64,000 bases of DNA from Eubacteriales bacterium (GTDB lineage Bacteria; Bacillota; Clostridia; Oscillospirales; CAG-272): positions 149,482-213,481 of the forward strand of contig JBJDZG010000004.1 in NCBI GenBank assembly GCA_051867875.1, in the 5' to 3' direction. The notes under the pieces are model-generated. The model saw only the letters and a list, made by a program, of their open reading frames with translations. It made no database searches and was not told the origin of the DNA. Each line of letters begins with the position of its first letter. Within the stretch, counting starts at the first letter, position 1. Made by a program: the position numbers and the translations under genes. Positions 49,902-57,223 of this stretch are shown one piece after another.

Positions 49902-51295
49902 TCGAGCAAGTACCTCATATATTCTACGTAATTGAAGGTTTCGTCAAGCTTTGCACCCTCGGTTTCCGCCTTTTGCTCGGCGGCCTTACGTATTTTCTTT
50001 TTCTTTTTACGTCCGACCTTGCGGTCCTTGATATTAAGCTCCTTCTTGCTCTGTGCGGCTTCTTCGGGCTCGGTTTCGGGCTCGGGCGCAGGCGGTGGGG
50101 GCGGAGGTGCAAGACGCATTTCATCGTAAATAAGGTCCGCAAAAAGTGCGACGTCGATGGCGTGCGCTATCTGCTTTTCGCTCTCGGACATACGGCGCTT
50201 CGGATTGACCTGATTATAGGGAACCATACGCATATAATTTGAGTCGAAAACGTTGTAATCGCTCTCGTTAAATGGCTCGATATCCGTGACGAACTTCGGC
50301 ATAAAATTGCCCTCTGTCGCGGCGGAGTTAAGCTCCCTGTCGTCCTCAAAATCGTTGCGGATTTTGTATCTGAAAATAAGATACTGAAGCGCGCAGGTCG
50401 AGTAGAGCTCTTTAATATAGCTCTCGTCGGCGCTCTCGGCGTGCTCCTCGATGCCAACGCCGTAGCCCGTTCCCTCGTAGCTCTCGATGAACTCCCAGAG
50501 TGCCAGGCACTGTTTGAGATTTTTGTTTTTCAAGATGGCGTTTGTACGCATAATGGGAGGCTTGACGTAGGCTTTGCCCATAGTTTTGGCAAATTCGGAA
50601 TCGGTATAAGTTTTAGTAATATTATAAAGCCTTTCAACACGGTCGATAAGGTCGAACGAGCACGCGGGATTGTCCGCCATCATCGCCTCGTCGGGTGCTT
50701 CGGAAATTTCGATTTCAAAATTAAGTCTTCCGCGCGTTTCTCCGTGCGAAAAATTACCGCCGAAGCGGAGCATAGTGCTCTTTTCGCTTCTTCCGCTCTC
50801 CTTGATGGCGTCGTAACGGCGCATAACGAAAACGTAAAGACGGTTGATAAGCGTGTTGACGAACTTATTTTCGTAAGTCATCATCGTTTCATCGTGGAAA
50901 ACATTGAGAATCTTTGACGGCGTTACCATATCGCCCTCGACGCTGTTAATATAGTCGGTGTGCTGGGCGAGGTGCTGAATGGAACGGCTGGTGATATGCT
51001 TTGAAAACTCTATCGGGAGCACCTTTTCGTTCTCCTCGATAAAGCGCGAAGGATTTCTTATCTGATGGTCAAGAGCTATGAGCGAGTCCTCGATAGTGGA
51101 AATCCACATCTCGTCGATAGCCTTCATCGTGTAGCGCTTTTTAAGCTCGAGCGACATATTTCCGTCGCGGAGCATGGAGATGATGGGGGGATAGAGCTCG
51201 TATTCGCTCGTCATTCCGTCAATAAAGTAGAGCGTATCGTCGTAGACCTGCTTATACGCGCCGAGATTTTCGGAGCTTATATTCTCCTCTGCCAT
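49898..51295 (-). CDS. DUF2357-like (McrC-associated N-terminal domain) protein, no recognisable nuclease motif
   Basis: 'IRNPSRFI...E.VLPIE..K.I..RSIQHLAQH', 'P.KIL....ET..TYENKFV.TL', 'RTNAILKN..LKQC..LW'; Pro-rich and Lys-rich tail. Confidence 0.65.
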   Translation of the reverse strand: MAEENISSENLGAYKQVYDDTLYFIDGMTSEYELYPPIISMLRDGNMSLELKKRYTMKAIDEMWISTIEDSLIALDHQIRNPSRFIEENEKVLPIEFSKHITSRSIQHLAQHTDYINSVEGDMVTPSKILNVFHDETMMTYENKFVNTLINRLYVFVMRRYDAIKESGRSEKSTMLRFGGNFSHGETRGRLNFEIEISEAPDEAMMADNPACSFDLIDRVERLYNITKTYTDSEFAKTMGKAYVKPPIMRTNAILKNKNLKQCLALWEFIESYEGTGYGVGIEEHAESADESYIKELYSTCALQYLIFRYKIRNDFEDDRELNSAATEGNFMPKFVTDIEPFNESDYNVFDSNYMRMVPYNQVNPKRRMSESEKQIAHAIDVALFADLIYDEMRLAPPPPPPAPEPETEPEEAAQSKKELNIKDRKVGRKKKKKIRKAAEQKAETEGAKLDETFNYVEYMRYLLE

Positions 51296-51337
51296 AGTAT
51301 CGCTCCTTTCTTGATTAGTGAGTAATTTAATGAAAAT

Positions 51338-51378
51338 GAGGGCAACGAAGCAACCAAAATTTGTGCCTCGTTGCCCTC
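51338..51378 (-). other. Intergenic stem-loop between McrB-like and DUF2357-like genes
   Basis: GAGGGCAACGAaGCA...TGCcTCGTTGCCCTC; only a short U-run (AUUUUC) follows. Confidence 0.6.
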
Positions 51379-51399
51379 AGACAATTCTATTGTGTCGGA

Positions 51400-52986
51400 T
51401 TAATACATCTTCTGAAGTCTGTTGAGATATTCAATGCAAACTTCCATTCTGCCCTTGCCGAAAAGCGTGTCAAGGTAATCCTTGAGTCCCTTAATCTCGT
51501 CGCGGATAAGGGAGAGGTTAAGGCTCTCGAACTTACGGAACACCTTGGTAGCAAGAAGATAGTCAATAGCTTCTATCTCGTCGCCGCCGCAGGCAACGTA
51601 AACAGGCACGAATTTGTCAAGCTGTTTAATTATACGGTTACCGAAGGCAACGCGGAATTTTTGAATGACGTACATATCGAGCTTCTGAATCTTATCGTGA
51701 TTCTCCTCGCTGACGGGGTACTGCTCGATGGCCTTTTCGTAAAGGTCTGCAACGTAGGAGTAGCTGATTGACTTGCTCTCCGTTACGGGCGCCTCGAATG
51801 CAACGCCCTTGGTGTCGAGGTTGATAACGAGCGCACGGTCGTAAACCTTGTCGGAAACGGCGAAGGTCGAGTCGTCGTTGTTAGCTGTTCCTATGTACCA
51901 GACGTTCTGGGGAATGGAGAGGTTGCCGTTTTCGAGGTGCTTGGGGTCGTTGGGCCATGTAGCCGTAACGAGATTGAGCTTCCACTCGCTCGGGTCGGGC
52001 ATCTCAAGCACGGAGAGCATCTCCGCGAAATAATATTCCACGCGGGCGATATTCATCTCGTCGAGAACGATAATGTTGATATCGTCGTTGTAGGACGCTT
52101 CGTATATACGCTTTAATACCTCGGTTTCGTTAAACTTCTTTGTAAATTCGTTAAAATATCCGAAAAGCTCACTGCGGTCACGCCACGAGGGCTGAACTGC
52201 GGAGATTGTGGCATCGCTTTTGAAATATTTACCCATGCAGTAGGGCAAAGAGGTCTTACCTGTACCGGAAATACCTTGAAGTATGATTAATTTCGTAGAG
52301 GCAAGTCCTGCGAACATTAAGCGAATGGTCTTTTTCTCATAGTAAAGGTGCATCTTGGAGCACGCGAAATTGCGAATATCGTCGCAAATTTCTTCAAGAG
52401 TCATGCCCTCAACGTATTCGGGCGGAGTGAGGTACTCGTATTTGTCGTCAACACCCGAAAGACGGAAGAAACGCTTTGCATTGGGGTCGTCGGGCTTTAC
52501 GTCCTTGCCCGAAGCACCCGCGGGCGCGCTTCCCTGCACTTGGCGGGTTTCCTCGTCGAAAATGCCGTTCAGTTGTTCCATTGAAATTCCCGTCTGTCCG
52601 ACCTTGAGCGCCATGATGCGCTCCTTTTCCTGCGTAAGACGGATAACGTCACGGTGAAGGTCTGCTATCTCTTCAAGCAAGTCCTCGTTTCCGACGAGCG
52701 AACGGCGGAAGCGAACGTACTTACGGATAGCCAGGATTATTAGGAAAATGATTATCGCCCAAACGCCGTAAACCAGAATTATGCTGAGTACGCAAAATAC
52801 CCAGTCGAGCGCGCCGAACTGATTTTTGTACATAAGCAACTGGTCAATGTAAACGGGTAAATTGAAAATCTGAACGATACCCAAAAATAAGTTATAGAAA
52901 ATTCTCCAAACGCCGTCAATGAGCATTGACGTCATGAAGGCAAAAAACCAACTCAGATATCCGTCCATAACATCTATCGTGAGCAC
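51400..52986 (-). CDS. Membrane-anchored McrB-like AAA+ NTPase
   Basis: N-terminal hydrophobic helices plus coiled coil; Walker A 'GISGTGKT', 'VQPSWRDRSELFGY', Walker B 'VLDEMNIARVEYYF', 'GTANNDDST', 'SDKVYDRA'. Start codon uncertain. Confidence 0.8.
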   Translation of the reverse strand: MLTIDVMDGYLSWFFAFMTSMLIDGVWRIFYNLFLGIVQIFNLPVYIDQLLMYKNQFGALDWVFCVLSIILVYGVWAIIIFLIILAIRKYVRFRRSLVGNEDLLEEIADLHRDVIRLTQEKERIMALKVGQTGISMEQLNGIFDEETRQVQGSAPAGASGKDVKPDDPNAKRFFRLSGVDDKYEYLTPPEYVEGMTLEEICDDIRNFACSKMHLYYEKKTIRLMFAGLASTKLIILQGISGTGKTSLPYCMGKYFKSDATISAVQPSWRDRSELFGYFNEFTKKFNETEVLKRIYEASYNDDINIIVLDEMNIARVEYYFAEMLSVLEMPDPSEWKLNLVTATWPNDPKHLENGNLSIPQNVWYIGTANNDDSTFAVSDKVYDRALVINLDTKGVAFEAPVTESKSISYSYVADLYEKAIEQYPVSEENHDKIQKLDMYVIQKFRVAFGNRIIKQLDKFVPVYVACGGDEIEAIDYLLATKVFRKFESLNLSLIRDEIKGLKDYLDTLFGKGRMEVCIEYLNRLQKMY

Positions 52987-53070
52987 TCATGTGAGTGCGT
53001 TCCTTTCTTTTTTAGAATAAGGGAGTATAAAAAGGCATAGTTAGCCTATACATTAAGTTGCAGAGAAAAA

Positions 53071-53787
53071 TTATTCCTCCGTTCCGTTGTTTTCCTCTTC
53101 GAGCTTTGATTCGGGCTCTGCCTTTGCCTGTTCTTCTGCCTGTTGGCGAAGGTATTCGGCGATAGCTCTCTGCTTGATTTCCTCTTCTTCTGCAACGGAG
53201 AGCTTCTTTTGGCTGTTGTTCACAGAATTAAGAGTCATGATGAACTTTACGAGCTCATAGATAAAGAACGCGATAAGGGGAAGTATGATTATAAGGAAGA
53301 AGCCGAGCTGTGTCTGGATAAAGTTGAGGAATCCGCCAAGCCCTGCAAGTCTTGTACCTGTGTAAACGCAGATAATGTCGTGAGGACTTACCTCCTGCTC
53401 GTCTGCTATCGGGTTATTGTCGCCCTTCGTAACGTAGGAAACGGAGCCTGCCGAAGATGATTTGACCTCAATAATTCTGTGAGTATTGATTTCCTTTACA
53501 CCGTCGCCGTTAAGGTCAACCCAATAGGAGATAACGTCGCCTTCGTTAAGTTCGAATTTCGCTTGGTCGGAGATTTTCTTTCCGAAGATAACGTCGCCCT
53601 TCTTCATTGTGTCGCCGTCCATTGAGTTGGTAACAATGTTAATCATGCAGTTACCGTTGATAGCGGGAACACCGTCGGGGTCAGCCTGTGCGATAAATAC
53701 CATAGCAGTTACAAGTACGGCAAATGCTACAAATACCCAAGTTACTATGTCAACGACAAGCTTCAATGTTTTCATATTTTTTTTCAT
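53071..53787 (-). CDS. sipW: Signal peptidase I, SipW/S26B type (copy 1)
   Basis: 'IVTNSMD', 'GDVISY', 'NTHRII', 'TKGDNN..AD'; C-terminal TM plus coiled tail. Confidence 0.88.
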   Translation of the reverse strand: MKKNMKTLKLVVDIVTWVFVAFAVLVTAMVFIAQADPDGVPAINGNCMINIVTNSMDGDTMKKGDVIFGKKISDQAKFELNEGDVISYWVDLNGDGVKEINTHRIIEVKSSSAGSVSYVTKGDNNPIADEQEVSPHDIICVYTGTRLAGLGGFLNFIQTQLGFFLIIILPLIAFFIYELVKFIMTLNSVNNSQKKLSVAEEEEIKQRAIAEYLRQQAEEQAKAEPESKLEEENNGTEE

Positions 53788-53830
53788 ATTTCTTTCCTCT
53801 CATTCTTAAAAAGTTAGGGACATACACTTT

Positions 53831-53859
53831 ATTCTAACATTTAATAATGAGTTTGTCAA
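53831..53859 (-). promoter_or_regulatory. Sigma-A promoter of the sipW-McrB-like-DUF2357-sipW-EAL unit
   Basis: Minus strand TTGACA-17 bp-TAGAAT with extended -10 TG. Confidence 0.7.
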
Positions 53860-53923
53860 TATCAGCTTTTTATTTTTATCGAAAAAAATTACTAAAAATA
53901 AGAGTTTTTTGTGAGTTTTGTCA

Positions 53924-53960
53924 TAAAAACCCAAGAGCAGAGCAAAAAGCTCTGCTCTTT
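53924..53960 (-). terminator. Terminator after putative major fibre subunit
   Basis: AAGAGCAGAGC-N5-GCTCTGCTCTT, then GGGTTTTT on the minus strand. Confidence 0.7.
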
Positions 53961-53979
53961 GGATTTATGTAGTTAATTA

Positions 53980-54654
53980 TCAGTCAACTGCAAACGTCAA
54001 TTGAACGCTACCTGTAAGTGTGGTTGCATTAGAGGAATATACGTTCGTATCATCACCGTTGATGTAATAGTAAACCGTTACCGTAACACCCGATGTAGTA
54101 ACTGTATCAGCAAGAGCATCTGTCAAGCTTGCCTGGGATGACTCATAATTATAGATGTTGGTTCCGCAAACAACTACCACAGAAATACCTGTGCTTGCGG
54201 GAAGAGTAACGCTTGTCAATTTCAGGTTGTCTACCGATGTTGTTGAACCTGAGTATGCTGCGTTCAAACCGATTGAGAAGGTCTCAGAAGCTACGTATCC
54301 TGTCAAGTTAGTGCAAGCAGTGTAATCACCGGACACCGTAGCACTGTCGGCGCTATTACTGTAACCATACTGCCATGATGTAGGAGTAGTAACATTTGCA
54401 GCGGTAAGCGTAGTAGCAGGTGCAACAGGCTTCAAGCTTGATGATGACGCTGAAGTGTCAACAGAGGTAGTTGTAGTTGTATTGTGGAAAGTACTACCTG
54501 CTTCAATAACAAGGAATTTACTGTCTACCTGAGCATTGATTGTCATACCGGTTGCGGATACGCTTGTGTTCATTGAGAACCATGCGTAAGAAGCTGTTGA
54601 CAATACAACCGCAGAGATGAGTAAAAGAGCGAATGCGGGGATTAACTTTTTCAT
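53980..54654 (-). CDS. SipW-cognate secreted protein, putative major fibre subunit (TasA/BsaA-like)
   Basis: Signal peptide ending 'STASYA|WFSMN'; Ser/Thr-rich beta-strand mature region; strong AAGGAG RBS. Confidence 0.75.
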   Translation of the reverse strand: MKKLIPAFALLLISAVVLSTASYAWFSMNTSVSATGMTINAQVDSKFLVIEAGSTFHNTTTTTSVDTSASSSSLKPVAPATTLTAANVTTPTSWQYGYSNSADSATVSGDYTACTNLTGYVASETFSIGLNAAYSGSTTSVDNLKLTSVTLPASTGISVVVVCGTNIYNYESSQASLTDALADTVTTSGVTVTVYYYINGDDTNVYSSNATTLTGSVQLTFAVD

Positions 54655-54727
54655 AATTAATTTCTCCTTATAAAATATTTTTTTATTTCAAATATTCCTT
54701 AGTGGACTCGGAATATTCAAAGTCTTA

Positions 54728-55468
54728 TTACTGTCCCGTCTGTTCGGGATTTACGATATCAATATTCAAAATATTGATATACATATCAATTTTGAACTGA
54801 CCGCCGATAATATTATCAACACATTCGGGGTCGTCGCCTTCAAGCCAAATAACTACTGTGAATTTAGTAATCTCACCCGATTCAAAGCCGTGAATCCTTT
54901 TCTTTACGACTGTCTGCGGGTCATAAAATTCAGTAGTGCCAGGCTCGGGACCCGAGCCGTCATTCTTCGTTCGCGCGTAATCGGTATATTCACCGTTTAC
55001 GTACAGCCTTACCCTGACTGCGTTCTCAATTCCCGTAGTCTGATTGGCTATCTTTACAGTGTACTCGCAGTCAACCGTTTCAGTACCCGTATTCTTCATA
55101 TAGAATGAATATGCGACGTAGTTCTTGCCGTTGTGCTCGCCGTTCTGTGAGTCGAGGTCGTCGGGCAAGTCGTTAACGCTGATATTCGTTATCTCCTCGC
55201 TCGCCTTCGAGTTAAGGCGCATAGTAGGTGTGAAAAACTCGGGGGTTTCCGAAAGCGAAAGTCCGTATTTTACATTATCAAATTTGTTTACCGTTACGGT
55301 AAAGCTGCCGTACTTATTATACATAACCGCAATTACGTATACGATTATAACCAGCATTGCAAGAAGTGCCGCCGCCGCGCGGAGAACCTTCGTCGATACG
55401 CGGTAATTCTTTATCTCCTTGGCAGTACGGCGCAGCGTTATGTTCTTATTGGGGTCTATCCCTGCCAT
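54728..55468 (-). CDS. Type II membrane protein with fibre-subunit-like extracellular domain (putative anchor)
   Basis: Basic N-terminus, TM without A-W-F site; 'YVAYSFY.KN.G', 'VVIWLEGDD'; start MAGID after AGGAGG. Confidence 0.7.
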   Translation of the reverse strand: MAGIDPNKNITLRRTAKEIKNYRVSTKVLRAAAALLAMLVIIVYVIAVMYNKYGSFTVTVNKFDNVKYGLSLSETPEFFTPTMRLNSKASEEITNISVNDLPDDLDSQNGEHNGKNYVAYSFYMKNTGTETVDCEYTVKIANQTTGIENAVRVRLYVNGEYTDYARTKNDGSGPEPGTTEFYDPQTVVKKRIHGFESGEITKFTVVIWLEGDDPECVDNIIGGQFKIDMYINILNIDIVNPEQTGQ

Positions 55469-56219
55469 TTGCAACCTCCTTAAGAAGTCTCTCGCTTGAG
55501 TTTGCAAGCACGTATCCCATACAGCCGGCGCGGCCGCACATTCCTATGTCTGCTTCATCTGTGAGCACGGGAGCCAAAACCTCTATTCTCATCGAATGAA
55601 GATACGATATAAGTGCGCCTGCACTGTCCGCTCTCTTTTCGTCTTTAAGCATTGAGAGCATTTTTTCGTGCATTATGACGTAGTCGAGGGGATAATCCTG
55701 AAGCTTCATCGTAGGGCAGTATTCATCGCCAAAGCCGTCGAGCATTATCTTAACTCCTCTTTTCCTTACAAGGTCAAGCGTTTCCACTGCCTTCGGCGAG
55801 GGGTTATAAAGCAGGTGGGGCGAAAACTCCAGACAAAGCTTGCCAATCTTTTTTTCGTCTTTGCCAAAAATCTTATCAAGCGTTTTGTCAAGACTCGTTT
55901 TGCTGAGAATCGCGTCCGGCAAGCGAACCGAAATCCAGTCGTATTCAAGTCCTCGCTCCATATCCTCGTCCATAACTCTGTTTACGTACGTCAGCGCCCT
56001 GCTCGCAAGAAGCAACGCGCGCTTCGTGCGCTCGGCGGTAACCGAATACTCGTTATGAGTCAAGATTCCGAGGTCAAGGCTGTTTATTTCAAGGCGAGTT
56101 CGATAGGCAAAGGGTTTGTCGGAAATAAATCTTAAAACCGAGTCGCGGTAGAGCTCGATTGGCGCAACACCCGATGCAAGAATCGCTTGCACCTCGGCAT
56201 TTATATCCGTCTTTTCCAT
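55446..56219 (-). CDS. Stand-alone degenerate EAL-domain protein
   Basis: EAL fold traces 'WISVRL', 'LCLEF', 'GVKIMLDGFGDEY', 'PLDYV', 'IEVLA', 'GY'; catalytic residues lost. Confidence 0.75.
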   Translation of the reverse strand: MEKTDINAEVQAILASGVAPIELYRDSVLRFISDKPFAYRTRLEINSLDLGILTHNEYSVTAERTKRALLLASRALTYVNRVMDEDMERGLEYDWISVRLPDAILSKTSLDKTLDKIFGKDEKKIGKLCLEFSPHLLYNPSPKAVETLDLVRKRGVKIMLDGFGDEYCPTMKLQDYPLDYVIMHEKMLSMLKDEKRADSAGALISYLHSMRIEVLAPVLTDEADIGMCGRAGCMGYVLANSSERLLKEVANGRDRPQ

Positions 56220-56278
56220 ATCATCACCCGGCTTTCTAAAAAAATATATCAGCCCGACACAAAATGTATGGAGCATAC

Positions 56279-56358
56279 ATTTGCAACTGGCTGACTTAAT
56301 AATGAAGTCCCTTTAGCTTTGCGTCACAGGCTTTCACCTGCTTTGCCAAGTATTTTTC
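56279..56358 (-). ncRNA. c-di-GMP-I (GEMM) riboswitch 1
   Basis: Minus strand GGCAAA-GCAGGT-GAAA-GCCTGT-GACGCAAAGCTAAAGGG...GTCAGCCAGTTGC; overlapping terminator hairpin at 56238-56294. Confidence 0.9.
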
Positions 56359-56365
56359 TATACGT

Positions 56366-56394
56366 ATTTTACACCTATGTTGCAAAAATGTCAA
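56366..56394 (-). promoter_or_regulatory. Sigma-A promoter upstream of riboswitch 1
   Basis: TTGACA-17 bp-TAAAAT. Confidence 0.75.
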
Positions 56395-56447
56395 GTATTT
56401 TTTTGGGATTTTTTTAATTTTTTAGCAAAAAACTCTGTGCGCACGCT

Positions 56448-57173
56448 TTAATTTGCTATTTGCGGAATCAGGACGAGCATACGGGAGCACTTTTCGCCGG
56501 CGCTCGACGAGCCGAAATTTTTGTACGCGTTCTGGCTGACGGGCATATTCACGAACGTGAACACTATTTCCACGACAAGCTGTCCGTCCTGTGTTCCGTC
56601 GTTTGCGGGAATGATGAGTCCCGACGCAAGCGGGGTATCCGCGATACTGTCAAGAAGTGCGTCCTTTGCGACCTCGTTGCCACTGTTTGCAACGAGAAAA
56701 GCCCCGTTTGCCGTGCCGTTTACGCTCTCAACTATTATCTGCGAGCCGAAATAGTAATATTTATCGGGGTTGCCGTCGCCGTCGCTGTCAACGCCCAGCG
56801 GTATTTCTCCGTCCGCGCCCGCCGTCAGATATAGTTCTCCGACGTAATCGTCGTCCGAGGTGTTCGTGTATACCGCCCTCAGCGTTACGCTGTCGCCGGG
56901 GGTAAGCCCTTCAAAAAGCTTTTCCCAGCTGTCTATCGGCGCGTATTCAGTAGCTCCTACCGCCTTGTACGAATATTCGGCGGAAATGGGATTGCCCTCT
57001 GCAACTATTCCCATATTGTTCGCACCGACCGTGTCGTTCATGGCAAACCAGCCGAACGTGTCGCCCGAAACGGCGTATATCGCCAGAATAAGCACGAGAA
57101 GGACGCTTACGATTCCAAAACCGCTTTTAAGCAGAGCTTTTCTCTTCTCTATCTCATTCATAACTTTTTCCAT
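56448..57173 (-). CDS. SipW-cognate secreted protein (putative minor subunit)
   Basis: Signal peptide ending 'DTFG|WFAMN'; 'GLTPGDS' as in TasA/camelysin-type proteins; DSDGDG motif. Confidence 0.75.
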   Translation of the reverse strand: MEKVMNEIEKRKALLKSGFGIVSVLLVLILAIYAVSGDTFGWFAMNDTVGANNMGIVAEGNPISAEYSYKAVGATEYAPIDSWEKLFEGLTPGDSVTLRAVYTNTSDDDYVGELYLTAGADGEIPLGVDSDGDGNPDKYYYFGSQIIVESVNGTANGAFLVANSGNEVAKDALLDSIADTPLASGLIIPANDGTQDGQLVVEIVFTFVNMPVSQNAYKNFGSSSAGEKCSRMLVLIPQIAN

Positions 57174-57223
57174 AGTATCGCGCCCTCCTTTCGTGCGTTT
57201 CCTTACATATTAATTATTAAGCG

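Noticed and set aside
49898-52986. Canonical McrBC restriction system on a mobile defence island
   Set aside because: No DNA-binding N-terminal domain, no visible nuclease motif, no integrase or flanking repeats, and translational coupling to sipW. A non-canonical defence role is kept as an alternative.
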